Shown here piece after piece: positions 1-12,700 of a DNA stretch of 64,000 nucleotides. A program made the position numbers and the translations under genes. Origin of the DNA: Squalus acanthias (taxonomy: Eukaryota); contig CM059432.1 in the NCBI GenBank assembly GCA_030390025.1, forward strand, positions 96,660,001 to 96,724,000, written 5' to 3'. Positions within the stretch are counted from its first letter, which is position 1; each line of letters opens with the position of its first letter. The notes below the pieces were generated by a model. That model was not told the origin of the DNA, did no database searches, and saw nothing but the letters and a program-made list of their open reading frames with translations.

Positions 1-1443
1 TTGAGCCCACCAGGAAGATGAACATGGCTCAATGATACCGTCAGCTAGAAGGCGAGAGATCTCTGCCTCGATAAAGGATAGGTCATCTTGGCTGAAACGT
101 CGTGATTTAGTGGCTATGGGCTTACATCGGGGGGAAAGATTAGCAAACAAGGAGGGCTCGTCGAGCGAAGCCGCCGAAAGTTCACAAAATGGTACTTTGG
201 AAATAGTAAGCTCTGGCTTTGATCCTTCAAACTCGAAAGTGAGTTTTTTGTGTTGTTTCTGTAAATCCTGTCCCAGGAGCACATCACTGCATAGGTTTTT
301 GAGCACCCCGAACCGCGTAGAGAAATAAGTGCGGCCATTGAGAATAAGGTCGACAAGACAAAAGCCGGAAGAGTTAGTGGTCAGTGTCGTCAGAGCCATT
401 GCAATTTCCCTGTCTGAGGGGTAAATACGTAGTTTTAACTTACTGACAGCCTGCTCACTGATGAAGCTGTCAGAGCTGCATGAGTCGATTAATGCACTCA
501 AAGTGTGTCCATTTACTGAAACCTTCGTGGCTGCATGGGACAGGCTTTGGGGAAAAACAGCTGTGATGGGTGGAGGGGCAGTTTTATCCTTGACAGCTGT
601 AACATTAGTAGTGGCTCTTGGGGGAGGAGCAGTTTTATAGATGACAGCTGTAACCCTAGATGAGGCTCTTGACTGACATACTTTCGAGAAGTGACCTTTC
701 TTACTGCAATGATTGCAGATTGCATTACGAGCAGGACAACATTTCCTATAATGAAATGCACCTCCACAGAAGAAACACTTCCTTTTAGATTGCCAAGATG
801 CCGCTAGGGTAGGGTCGTCATCAGCTAGGATAGAGTCGTCATCAGTGAAGGCTTCCGCCTGAGGCTTATCGGAGTAGTCACTAAAAGTGATAGCAGCAGT
901 CCGTGCACGTGGTAAAAGATAGGCATCTGCATTTTTTTTTGCCAAGTCCACAGAATATGCCTGGTCATAGGCAGCTTGTAACTCGAGGGTTTTATTCTGC
1001 AGCAGACGCTGGCGTATGAAGGGAGACGCAATTCCATTAATAAAAGAATCACGAATTAACTCCTCCTGGTACTGCTCAGCTGAGACAGCCTTGAGATTAC
1101 AATCTTTGCTGAGCCTGCGAAGCTTTTGAAGGAATTCGTCAAGTGATACCCCGGGTTGTTGTTGAGCTATGGCCAGTAGATGCCGAGCAACAATTTCATT
1201 TGGAGCCTTAACATATAGTTGCTGTAGTATTCGGATAGCAGAGTCATAGTTTACACATTCTTTGATATAGTCAAACACATAAGGGGATACATAATTGGCA
1301 AGTATCTCTAACTTATCAGGAACATTCTCACCACGTGCCCTGAGGTAGTTGCTGAAGGTACGATACCAGTGTTTCCATACCTTAGCAGTTGTAGGTGAAT
1401 TTGGGTCCAGGTCAAGACGGGTGGGTCGGAGTAGTTTCTCCAT
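1..1443 (-). CDS. Ty3/Gypsy gag-protease-RT polyprotein, 5' part; ORF runs off the window start
   Basis: Read codon by codon from ATG at 1443: 481 codons, no stop. MEKLLRPTRLDLDPNS start, zinc knuckle CNHCSKKGHFSKVC, protease ALIDSCSSDSFIS, RT N-terminus DGIIEPCSSSWWAQ at the window edge. Absent from the ORF track, probably because no stop lies in the window. Confidence 0.9.
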   Translation of the reverse strand, partial: MEKLLRPTRLDLDPNSPTTAKVWKHWYRTFSNYLRARGENVPDKLEILANYVSPYVFDYIKECVNYDSAIRILQQLYVKAPNEIVARHLLAIAQQQPGVSLDEFLQKLRRLSKDCNLKAVSAEQYQEELIRDSFINGIASPFIRQRLLQNKTLELQAAYDQAYSVDLAKKNADAYLLPRARTAAITFSDYSDKPQAEAFTDDDSILADDDPTLAASWQSKRKCFFCGGAFHYRKCCPARNAICNHCSKKGHFSKVCQSRASSRVTAVIYKTAPPPRATTNVTAVKDKTAPPPITAVFPQSLSHAATKVSVNGHTLSALIDSCSSDSFISEQAVSKLKLRIYPSDREIAMALTTLTTNSSGFCLVDLILNGRTYFSTRFGVLKNLCSDVLLGQDLQKQHKKLTFEFEGSKPELTISKVPFCELSAASLDEPSLFANLSPRCKPIATKSRRFSQDDLSFIEAEISRLLADGIIEPCSSSWWAQ

Positions 1444-1486
1444 GATGGATTGATTACTATATCTGGTTCCCTTCTACCGTTTGAGT

Positions 1487-1706
1487 TGTAACCGTCTGCT
1501 CCCAAAACTACTCAGAGCGTGGAGCAGGTCCAGTTGGTCTAAGCGTTAAACAAAGCTTTAATCAACTGTTTTCCAACATGGAGATCTAGTTGTGTCCTTT
1601 ATTAGTTCCTGTTGAGGAATGTCCTAAGCAAGCTGGGCCCATGCCCGAGTATTTATACTCTCCCTGGACAGCGCCACCAGCAGGCCGCCCAGTATTACTT
1701 CATACA
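1487..1706 (-). mobile_element. Candidate 5' LTR of the Gypsy element
   Basis: Minus strand starts TGTA (1706) and ends TACA (1487). Contains TATAAATA (~1650-1657) and AATAAA (~1598-1603), just upstream of the gag ATG. The partner LTR is outside the window, so boundaries are tentative. Confidence 0.5.
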
Positions 1707-2308
1707 AGATTCATGTCAGGAAGGGACTGGTGGAGCGCTATTTAAAGGCGACCGCTTCCTGCCTTTTTTTGTCGGCGACATTTTTGCACCATGCATTCTG
1801 AGAGAGAGACTTCTGGAGAGATTCAACGCTGTGTGAAGGAGTTTTGGGTACTGAGCAGCACTTCGCAGGTTCATTTTGATTTGACCTTCCTTGCATCGAT
1901 TTAGAAGAAACTATGGGGGCTGCACTCTGAGCTCTTTCCCTGGGCGCCTCCATTGTTCGTTCCAGCAGATTTGATGTACAGGTCTCTCCAGGCCGAGATT
2001 CAAGGCTGCAATGAGCAGGATGTGGATGGAGAGCAAGATCAACCCTCCCCTTTAAGAACTGGCCGGGGCCATTGTGTCTGTGTTCCATTGCTGACTGACA
2101 TCACATGAGCTTCGCCAGCGCTCTGAGGTAGCGCCTCGGTGTTAGCGCCTTAAGAGAGGTGTGTAGCGCCTGATTTAGCGCTCCAATCACCTCCAGGGGC
2201 GATAGGAGCCAAGTTTGCAGTCGGAGGCGATAATTAGCGCCAGGCGCTAAACTTTGTGCCCGGCCGATAATTGCGCCCCAAACGGGGCAATACCGAATTT
2301 CTCCCCCC
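1707..2308 (-). mobile_element. End of a non-autonomous Harbinger-type element, host of the Gypsy insertion
   Basis: Ends CCGAATTTCTCCCCC, like the other Harbinger TIRs here. Has GC-rich GCGC subterminal repeats and an MEAPRERA Myb-like start remnant. Confidence 0.5.
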
Positions 2309-3342
2309 AAGTCTTTTAATGTTCATTTAACTGCGCAGTACTCCATTGACTATTTTGTACATGTATGTTATCAAATAAAACATCTATTATATATGTAATT
2401 TGATGTGTGGTATGCATATTTCATTGAAAACTCATTATAAGTACCTGTTACTCCTATACACGGGGTTCTGATTAAATATTTTCAACGTTAAATTTGTCAG
2501 GCTATAATAGCTGCTCTTTCATAGTAGTTATATATTACCCAGTGATTGCACAACTCTGCCATTGAGTTTCCACAAATCGCTCAAATTGCTTTATCATTTT
2601 TATTATTTCATCTGCCAACTTTTTTCTCAGTAACTGAAATTTAAATATCCAAAATAAGGGATTAAAGAAAATTAACAATAAACATATTTCACAATAAAAT
2701 TATTACATTCATCCGTTGAATCAACTTTTGCTTGAATGGCATTTTATTGCAACACAATAAGCCATGGGAGAGTAGTAATTAGATTCAACTGTTCATAGAA
2801 GCTTCTGACATCTCTGACTTTGGGGCCTATTTGAAAGGCCATTGGAGGTGTGAACAGAGTGACCTCCAAGAATGGAATCATGAAACACTGATCAAGTTCA
2901 TACAGCAGTAAAAAACCATATATGTGCATCCACCCTTCCAAATAATCAAAAACTATACTCAAAGCTAGCAATCAAAGAGAAATGTAATCAGCCTGCAGTA
3001 CAAAAAAATGATTATCTAAAACTTGTAGGTGGATGCACCAGGGCAGGTAAAGTTCAAATGGTTAAGTCACTGCTATGCAATTCAAATTCAATTATGTGGT
3101 TTTGATTTTGCATACTGCCAGACTTAGCCTTCGGGTGAATATGTTACCGTTACAGTGACCTGACAAATAAAGATTAAATGAGCCCAAGAGTTTTCAAGAT
3201 CTCTTAAAGCATTTCTTTCTTTTGCTGTAGATATCAATGATCCTCGTTTGTCCACTTTGTTTACTGATAATTTAAACATTTACACAACTGTGATTTTAAA
3301 AGCAATGATGTAAATGAGAACAACCTATTAGAGATAGAGCAC

Positions 3343-3511
3343 AGACTGATTCCCTGATCAGGTCCTCCAAGTAAAGAGCGGCACTTGCTGGGAGCACTGG
3401 CCGGAAAATTGTAGGCCCGCAGTGCCTCATTTCTATTCATTCATTTAAATGGATGGAATACACCCTGAGAATGATGCACTTTTCTGGGAGCACCCGATCA
3501 GGAAATCAGTC
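3343..3511. mobile_element. Small MITE
   Basis: Inverted termini GACTGATTCCCTGATC ... GATCAGGAAATCAGTC. Confidence 0.45.
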
Positions 3512-3723
3512 CTCATACATTCTTTCTACAGTGAAATCTGTCTATCAGAGTATAAATTTGGAGTGAATTCAGGTACTCCTTAAGGAAAAAGAAGCCGAGA
3601 GTTTCTGCTCAGATGAAATCACTGAGTTGCCATTCATGACACAGGAAATTTCCCAGTCTCATTGCTGATACGCAAGACTGTCAGCGAGGTCTGCAGGAAG
3701 ATAGAGAGCTCCCCGGTTCAGTG

Positions 3724-4190
3724 AAAGAAAAAGAAAGACTTGCATTTATATAGCGCCTTTCATGACCACTGGACATCTCAAAGCGCTTTACAGCCAATTA
3801 AGTACTTTTTGGAGTGTAGTCACTGTTGTAATGTGGGAAACGCGGCAGCCAATTTGCGCACAGCAAGCTCCCACAAACAGCAATGTGATAATGACCAGAT
3901 AATCTGTTTTAGTGATGTGGATTGAGGGATAAATATTGGCCAGGACTCCGGGGATAACTCCCCTTCTCTTCTTTGAAATAGTGCCTTGGGATCTTTTACG
4001 TCCACCTGAGAGAGCAGACGGGGCCTCGGTTTAACGTCTCATCCGAAAGACGGCACCTCTGAAGTGCAGCATTCCCTCAGTACTGCACTGGAGTGTCAGC
4101 CTAGATTTATGTGCTCAAGTCCCTGAAGTGGGACTTGAACCCACAACCTTCTGACTCAGAAGCGAGTGTGAGCCACAGCCACTAAGCCAT
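3724..4190 (-). mobile_element. tRNA-headed Deu-domain SINE (SacSINE1/AmnSINE1-like)
   Basis: Reverse complement has B box GGTTCAAGTCC, the Deu-like core (TTTCGGATGAGACGTTAAACCGAGG) and tail GCGCTATATAAATGCAAGTCTTTC. Matches copies at 5626 and 17265. Confidence 0.85.
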
Positions 4191-4722
4191 GGTGAGGAGG
4201 TAGTGGACATGCTTCTCCATGAAGTTAGGCAGAGGAGGGCCGCACTGTTTAAGATAGAATGAGATGTAGACCCCAAAGGAGAGCAGCACAGCAGCAATGT
4301 CAGGTGGTGACCAGGGGAGTGAACATGAATACAATCAGACCACACAAGGCAACAAATTTAATCATGTTGCCAGGGAAATCAAGGTAAAAGGAGTTTGCAG
4401 CACCTTGGAAGAATGCACTGTACAAAGCACATCTCTCACTTAGTCATCTTCCCTCCTCAATCTGTGCTAATTCACTCACTTTAACATAGAGTGAGGGGAG
4501 GCGACTGTAACGGGCAGACATGTTTATACAGTGCTCTCTTGCAAGGTGCAGCTGACTCCTCCGAATGACTAGGGCTTCGTCCACGGAGAGAAAGAGGTTG
4601 GGGGGTGATTCAACACCTGTGGCATTTCTTGTCCAGTTATTGGTGGTTGCAGTATTACTTGAAAAAAGAATGCAAAAAGTTAGAATTACTTTTGGGTACT
4701 TTTGAGACACTGCAAAATCTAA

Positions 4723-5596
4723 GGGGAGAATATTAACCTAAAAAAGCAGTGGGTTGGGGTTGTGTGGGAAGCTCCCAGGAGGCGGGTTGTCTATTTATAT
4801 AATATTATAATGAGGCCGGAAGCCTCCGCTTTAACCTCCACTTTGAATTTAACTTTCAAAAGTGCTGGTCGGGTTTTGCAGGCCTCGTGAAACCTGCCAA
4901 TTAAAGTAAGGCAAGGACTACTGGATCCAGGAGGTAAGTGTCCTTTACACTTACCTCCTGAATCCAGCATCCCTGCCAAACCCAACCCCCACGATCGGAT
5001 AGCACCCCACGAGGCCTCCTATTCCCCCCACCCCCAGGCCTCCAATTCCCCCAGGATCCTCTGGCCCCCGATCGTTGCTTATCACCCCCACTCCTCTGGC
5101 CCCCGATCTGCTCCTCCCCGGTCCCCCGGTCCCCGATCCTCATGCGCCCCCCCCTCCCCCGCCACCCGCTCCTCTGGCTCCCAATCCTCACTCGACTCCT
5201 CCTGTACCTCCGTGCTGGTCCCGGCCCCCGATCCATCTCCGAGCCCCTTCCCATTCTGGTCCCAGCCCCTGATCCTTCTCTGACACCCCCAGCCACACCG
5301 TGCTGATCCCGGCCCCTGATGTTCTGCAACCCCCTCAAGCTCCAACGGCCCACCCCGTGCTCCTTCGGCTGACCCTGGCCCCCACTCAATCCCTCCCTCT
5401 GTGCTCTCTGCGGCCTAGTGCCGCAGGCCTACCTCTCAATCTGGCTGGCTGCGGGTGGGAAACAGAGGTTACCCATGCAAATCAAGCCCTGCCATTAAAT
5501 TCGCAGGGCCTGCGAGAAACCCGTTATCCTGGGTTTCCCGACCACTTCAGAGTGCCCCCTCGCTCCCAACCTGCCTTCCCTTTTAAAGTTCAACCC
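4723..5596. mobile_element. Non-autonomous Harbinger-type MITE
   Basis: Termini GGGGAGAATATTAAC / TTAAAGTTCAACCC with TAA on both sides. C-rich core. Homologous, in reverse orientation, to 18701-20056. Confidence 0.75.
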
Positions 5597-5625
5597 TAAG
5601 TATCAGCAAGCAGCCAATAATGATG

Positions 5626-6076
5626 AAAGAAAAAAAAGACTTGCATTTATATAGCACCTTTCACAACCTCCAAACGTCCCAAAGCGCTTTACAGCCAATG
5701 AAGTACTTTTGAAGTGGAGTCACTGTTGTAATGTAGGAAACGCGGCAGCTAATTGCGCACAGCAAGCTCCCACAAATAGCAATGTGATAATGACCGGATA
5801 ATTTGTTTTATTTGTTATGTTGATTGCGGAATAAATATTGGCAGGACACCGGGGATAACTTCCCTCCACTTCTTCAAAATAGTGCTCTGGGATCTTTTAT
5901 GTCCACCTGAGAGAGCAGACAGGGCCTCGGTTTAATGTCTCATTCAAAAGACGGCTCCTCCGACAGTGCAGCGCTCCCTCAGCATGCATTGGAGTGTCAG
6001 CCTAGATTTTCTCAAGTGGGACTTGAACCCACAACCTTCTGACTCAAAGTGCTACCCACTGAGCCATGGCTGACAC
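5626..6076 (-). mobile_element. Deu-domain SINE copy
   Basis: Near full-length match to 3724-4190 including A/B boxes and tail. Confidence 0.85.
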
Positions 6077-6794
6077 TCAGTGATGTGATGACTTATGCAT
6101 GCACCATGGGAGGCTTTTTACTGGATGATTACATATAAGTCGGTGAGGAAAGGAACACTTCCAGGTAAAAAGGGCAGTCTGACCCCTACTATTTTTCAAG
6201 GATTCACTGGTCTCATTTTCACCATTAAGTCTACTTTTCCACACATCAGTGGCGAAGCAGAGTCAATGCCCCGTACTGACATGGCAAGAATGCCTTCACA
6301 TGGTACTACTTTCTCTTACAATAGCAGGACATGTGTGTCCTCCTGCCAGCCCCCTCAGCTACCTGCACATATGACAGAAAGATGTTAGGACCCGTCCTAC
6401 ATTAATCCTGCTCCAAGAAACAAAAATACAGGAGTATTCCCAATGGCAAACCTATTATGCCTTTTTTAGAAAGGTGAGAGAAGTTCGAGCTCCACAGCAG
6501 AACACACAAAGGTAAATGCTAAAGCAATTGCACAGAGTTAAAAAAAATAAGCAAAACTGATCGAGGATAAGGGAGATAATTATAACAGAGTGATTATTTG
6601 CAACGTATTTTTGACTATCTGCACATGCGCGCCCGTTTTGTACTGTGCATGCGCACGCGATCCGGTCGCACATGCGCAGTATCAAATGGTGCAGTGGCTG
6701 CGGCCTGCACTGCCACACTTTCCTCAGCTCCGTGCAGAGAAGGTCAATGGATCCGTTGGTGGCCGGGAGGGAGGCAGGAGAGCGGATCGGAACG

Positions 6795-6975
6795 AGAGGG
6801 AGGGAGGATCGGAGGGGGAGGGAGGGAGGATCAGAGGGGGAGGGAGGGAGGATCAGAGGGGGAGGGAGAGAGGATCGGAGGGGGAGGGAGAGGGGATCGG
6901 AGGGGGAGGGACAGAGGATCGGAAGGGGAGGGACAGAGGATCGAAGGGGGACGGAGGATCGAAGGGGGACGGAGG
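6795..6975 (+). repeat. G-rich ~21-bp minisatellite inside a transposon remnant
   Basis: About 8 copies of GAGGGGGAGGGAG(G/A)GAGGATC. Confidence 0.8.
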
Positions 6976-7399
6976 ACCTTAGAGAGAGGTGAGAAGATCA
7001 GGAACTCAGGTTGGGGAGGGAGAAGGTCAGGAGATCGGGGGGAAGGTCATGAAGTCGGGGAGAGAATGTCAGGAACTCGTTGGGGGAGCACGGTGAGAAC
7101 AGTGGGGGAGCTGTGGGGGAAGAACGTGATCCAGGTCTAAAGGGGGGGTGGGATGAGAGCAAGAACGTGATCCAGATAGGAAGATAGGCCTGGATCACGT
7201 TCTTCCACCCCCACCCCCTTTACACCTGTACCAGTTCTCCCTCTCCTCTCACCACCAGACCAGTGGTTCAAGAAGGTAGCTCACTACCATCCTCAAGGGC
7301 AACTAGCGATGGGCAATAAATAAATAATTTTTTTTTAAATGAGAGCCTATTTTGTGTTGATCCTACAACATGCATAACATTACATTCATGTGTTATTTG

Positions 7400-7660
7400 C
7401 CAGACTCAAGCATTCCAATGTTCTCCTGGCCAGCCTCTTATATTCCACCCTCAATGAACTTGAGCTCATCCAAAATTCTGCTGCACATATCCTAAAATGC
7501 AGCAAGTCCTATTCACCCATCACCGCTGTGCAGCTGTCTGGAGGTCCCGCGCAGCCTGTCAAAAAAAAAATTAGGGGGAACATTGTCCACCAACACCTGT
7601 ATTTAAAATTCTTATCCTCATGTTAAAGTCCCTCCATGGCCTCACCTCTTCCTATCTGAA
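7400..7660 (+). mobile_element. Degenerate L2 LINE ORF2 C-terminal fragment interrupted by a short hAT-like end
   Basis: Translation RLKHSNVLLASL..LELIQNSAAHIL resembles the L2 RLDYCNxLL..LQLIQNxAAR motif. TTAGGGGGAACATTG (~7571-7585) resembles a hAT TIR. Confidence 0.6.
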
Positions 7661-7897
7661 CTCGGCAGTGTGAGTGCTCCTAACCCAGGATGGTGAGTCC
7701 TGTCTGTTCTCTGAAAGCAGTAGTGTAATGGATCAAATTACACATTGCAAGGATCATGATTACTCAGGCAGGCAGGATCTAATTACACATTCCAGACAAA
7801 CTGCTGGGTGTCTCTTGTCCTCCAAGGAGACCAATCAGAAATCTGGTCTTGTCCTCCAAGGGGACCAATCAGAACTTTGGTATTACAAATAGTTACA

Positions 7898-8382
7898 GCC
7901 TAATTTTAACCCCCAAAAACGGGTGGGTTTGGGTCAGGTGGGAAGTAAAAACGTTAAAATTTTCAAACACGACCCCGCCCCACCTACTTCTGGTTTTAAC
8001 GGAGGCGGGATGAGGACTGGGTGACCAATCTGCCCTCAGGAGACAGGTCAGTTGTTAAAACCTTTTAAGGAGGCTGTGTGCCTCCATTTTAACAAGGTTT
8101 CTATTTTTAACTACTATTAACCGGGTTTTCCTGGCCTCTGGAAACCCAGCAGGTAAAAGGAGGAGAGTAGGGCTGGATTCATAAGGTAAGTGCCTTTACT
8201 GCACTGCTTGTGGGCCAGGATGAGCAGGAGTGTTTCCTTCAGTTCCAACAAGCAAACCTGTAAACCCCCCTCACCTACACAATCTCCCTGCGACCACCCC
8301 CACAATCTTCCACAAACCCCCCGCGATGACCGACCCGCCAAACCATGCTCTACCCAGCCCCCCCAACCCCGATGATCTCTAC
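7898..8382. mobile_element. Truncated Harbinger-type MITE
   Basis: Starts ...TAATTTTAACCCCC and shares GGTAAGTGCCTTTACTGCACTGCTTGTGGGCCAGGA with 22670-22710 and 34870-34910 (reverse). Confidence 0.65.
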
Positions 8383-8594
8383 TCAGGAAGAATATATTGG
8401 CCTTGGAGGGGGTGCAGTGCAGATTTGCCAGAATGATACCGGGGCTAAAAGGGTTAAATTATAAAGACAGATTGCATAAACATAAACATAGAACATTAAG
8501 GGATAATCTAATTGAAGTGTTTAAGATGATTAAAGGATTTGATAGGGTAGATAGAGAAAAACTATTTCCTCTGGTGGCCGAGTCCAAAACAAGG
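8383..8594 (+). mobile_element. CR1 LINE 3' fragment
   Basis: Encodes ALEGVQCRFARMIPGLKGLNY..LIEVFKMIKGFDRVDREKLFPL, typical CR1 ORF2 C-terminus. Confidence 0.85.
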
Positions 8595-9324
8595 TCTCAA
8601 ACATCATCTCAAGGAGGGAATCGACCACCTCATAATGCTGGACTTGTGGAAAATAATTTTTTTTAAATTTAATCTCTAGACTGCCATTTCAATGCCTCTG
8701 TAGTGCCTCTTTAGGACCAGGCTGGCCAACTCCCTTATTAAAATTGCCAGGATTTGGCAAGGAGTTGATGTGCTCAGCCATAAGTCTCACCCAACCACAC
8801 CTCCACCTCCAGGAACCACTGAATTTCAGGCTCCTTTTATCACTGTGGATGACAAGCTTGAAGATATCCCCATATGGCTCAGCAACCAATTAACCTACCT
8901 TTTACGGGGAAGTTTGCTACAATAGTTACAAAGACTAAATTCATGCATGCAACACTTATGTAGTCCAAGAAGATGCTGAAATTTATCAACTCAGTTCTAG
9001 TTACAAATGAGTTACAAAATACTTCCACAATAGACACACTCCTTATGAGTACTCTGACCACTTCCAATGTCTAGATAAACATAATCTCAAGACTTGTTCC
9101 TAAATTGAGTCACACAACACTTTTTCGGACTACATGGGATTTTTCTACAAAATGACAAAACTTTAAGTGCAGTATTCCAGAGACTGTGGGAGAAAAACCC
9201 TCTGCTCAAGCAAGAAAATTATGAATATAATAAAACTATACTTGAATTCTAGAGATACCCAGGGGTAGCAATTGGCCATCGCTGCACCCATCTTCCAGAC
9301 AGAAAATGGTGCAAAAATTAACAT

Positions 9325-9792
9325 TTTGGGGTTATGCCCCCTCGTTTTGGACTCGCCCACCAGAGGAAATAGTTTCTCTCTATCTACCCCATCAAATCCT
9401 TTAATCATCTTAAACACTTCAATTAGATTATCCCTTAATGTTCTATATTAAGGGAATATAAGCCTAGTTTATGCCATCTGTCTTTATAATTTAACCCTTT
9501 TAGCCCTGGTATCATTCTGGCAAATCTGCACTGCACCCCCTCCAAGGCCAATATATTCTTCCTGAGGTGTGGTACTCATAACTGAACGCAGTACTCTAGA
9601 TGCTGTCTAACCAGAGCTTTATAAAAAACCCTTTTTATTCCAGACCTCTTGAGATTAAGTACAACATTCCATTAGCTTTTTTCATTATTTTTTGTACCTG
9701 TTTACTAGTTTTTAGTGATTTCTGTTCTTGGACCCCTAAATCTCTTTGCTCCTCCACAGTTCCTAGTTTCTCACCATTTAGAAAATACTCTA
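9325..9792 (-). mobile_element. CR1 LINE fragment
   Basis: Reverse strand gives LEYCVQ.. and the same ALEGVQ..KLFPL block as 8383-8594. Confidence 0.85.
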
Positions 9793-12700
9793 ATGTACAC
9801 CCCACTGATGCTCACAATGAAGAAAAAAACTTCTCTGATATTGCTGTGAATGAGGGCTGTAGAGTCAAGAGCCAAACCTGTCAGTTGCTGCGCCTCCTTG
9901 GAGACCTCAGAGCCTGCATGTAGGTGTGATGTTCCTCAAGCATCCTTCTTTTCAGGCTAGTACCCATGAGTTCTGGATCCCACAATTCCAAAGCCACTGG
10001 CAGATTCTCCTCAGCCAACGCTGGGAAGGTGGCACATTCTCACTCACTCCTCCAGCTCTTTTATACTCTATGGATACAAATTCCAACCAGGTTAAAATAT
10101 CTAAGGTGGTGCATGGGATTGAGAAAGCAAGTGATGCATAGGGTGAGATGGAAGGGTTTGTGACCAAATAACTCAGTCCACAATCTAGATCAAAGGACTT
10201 ATGGGTGAGCTTGAGCATAACTTTCACATTCTTTACCTCATCATCATCATTCTTTTTCTCCTTAGCATCATCATCAAAGTTAATTTCCCTTATTTTGTGC
10301 TCCTCCTGTTACTTATCATCACCAGCATCTTCTTTACCTTCTTCCTCAATGTCTACTCCCCCCTATTGCTATGATGGATCTGCAGGAAAGGGAGGTACAA
10401 GGTAAAAAAAAGTTGAGCATAAACCCTTTGGGATTAGTGAGACAGAGAAGAGTATGGAAGTTTGTGGCTGTGTGCTGCCCCATAGGGATGCCAGTTGTGC
10501 ACCTAATAACCTGGCACCATTATGCCATCTTTAAGGCCAGCTAAGTACCTCATTGACATTGGAAGCAAATTTGAAGTAAAGCAGGTTAATGCAAATACAA
10601 TGTTTCACCTCTGGCGGTGTTCGATTTCAAATTCCTTTTATGTTTATGATAGAGAACCATCAATGTGTGTTTATTGAGTATCTCTTAATGACGTGAGTGC
10701 CATTGTGACCCTGTTAAGTTACTCTGGGGTAGAACATTCTCTTTGGGGGAAGTGAAGAATTAATAATGCCTCCTACCTTGCTGTCAAGTGGTCATAAAGG
10801 AAAGAAGAGCCAGGTTGTCAGAAATGTAATCAATAACCATGAAGTGTGTAACTTACACTGACACAGATCAATAACAAGAGGTTAAAGTTCTTATCATTCT
10901 ACTCTCTGCAAACTGTCACATTGCAATTCAGCAACATTAAGTGAATAGCATTGCAATACTAATCTATGGGACAATGTCTCAATTAGAATACACAGTATTG
11001 GTATTCACCAGCAACAAAGTTCTGAATATCTAACATTCCTATTAAGGAAAACCTCAGCAACATCAAGTGATTGAGGTTGAATTTCTATGGTGGGATGGCA
11101 GGGGAGGGGGTCTCCTCATCATCAGCTGCAACAGAAGATCATCAGAATCCCTGAAGAAACAGTGGATGATCAGCAGAACCCTCGAAAATTCAACTCCATT
11201 GTGTACTTTGTAAATTCCTAATAAAGGGGGAGAGAACAGACAAGTTAACATCAGTTGTGGAGCCATCATCAAAATGACCATTCTCTCCAGAGATGTTGAT
11301 TGATCTGCTAAATGTTTCTAGCATTTTCTGTTCAGATTTCCAGCATTTGCCGTATTTTACTTTTTTACCCAATAGATTTGCACATTTTGCAGAAACACAC
11401 AATTTTATTGGTCAGCACACACTTGTTAATAATATTGTTTTAATTATTTATTAAGTCCAAAATCCTCATATTGGTTCAATATACTTGTGTGAGAAATTGT
11501 GGTTTATCTCTTTGCAAGAGATTAGCAATATATATTTTCTGTGTATTTATTTGTTCCCAGTATGTTAGTGGACACAATCCAAAATACTATGGCCTAGAAA
11601 TTCTTGTGAAGGCACAATATTGGTCGCTTGGTAGCACTCCTGACCTCGCTCCATTTCCCAGGATTAGGGTATTCAAATTTTTTTTCCACCTTTTCTGAAG
11701 ACGCTCTCCTACACAAATTAGGTCACTTATGGCAGTGAGTGCATGCAGGTGGGGGAATCTTTACGGCAACTTGTCACAACATGAGTTGGTCTGTGGTCCC
11801 AGTCAAATATTTTTGTAAAAAGCGCCAAAACTTGCCCATTTTCAAATATGGCAGTTTCCCTAATGCAATTGGGCACCCTGTGATTGATAAGGGAAACTGT
11901 CTATTTAAAATATAACTATTCCCCTTGCAGGCCATAGCAACGCTAGATGTGAGTGACATACTGACATGCCTAGCAGCCAGTGTCACCAGGATGCAAATGG
12001 CCAAGAATATGTTGTATAATGTATTCATATCATTTGCTTCTCATTTTATTACTCCTGCTCATATTTAGATGGTCATATTATGGCTGGCGAAACAACTTCC
12101 TACTTAATTTTCCTCTCTGCCCATTCAGGTTATGCTCGTTTGCAGGCATAACCAGGCAGGAAATTCAGGGCTAGTTTATATTACACTTCCACTGAACTTT
12201 TAAATGTACTGAAATGGACTTCCACTGAACTTTTAAATGAACGAATATCAACCTATATTTTTTTCCTTTAAATATTTCCCCTCTCTAATATTTTTTCCAC
12301 CTTTTCTGAAGACGCTCTCCTACACAAAAAGTCCTTCAGTCACCCAACAGTACCTTGCCCAAGTGGCCAATCTTCAAGTTGAGCCTAGACAGTGAATATT
12401 GACAAGCTAGATCCTGCACTCCTCTGATACTTACACATGCATACTTCCCAACAGGCGCTGTCAGGCAATGATTAGGAGCAGAAACATTGGCTGATTTTCC
12501 CCCCTGCCTGTAGCGGAGGCCAATTGTGCTTCTTCTGCCATCCCAGGTGTGATCAATTAATGCAACACAGATTGAGGATTGAATCTTCCTGATGTACATG
12601 GTTCGATTCCACACTGGGCAGTGCACTCTACTTACTGAGCCATTGGATGAGTTCAAATGAGTTTTATCATCTTACTGAAAATCTTACATAAGACAAAAAT

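Noticed and set aside
8690..10620. Acidic or Ser-rich short ORFs as host exons (also 61400-62600)
   Set aside because: They look like very old Harbinger remnants with many stops; not supportable as genes.
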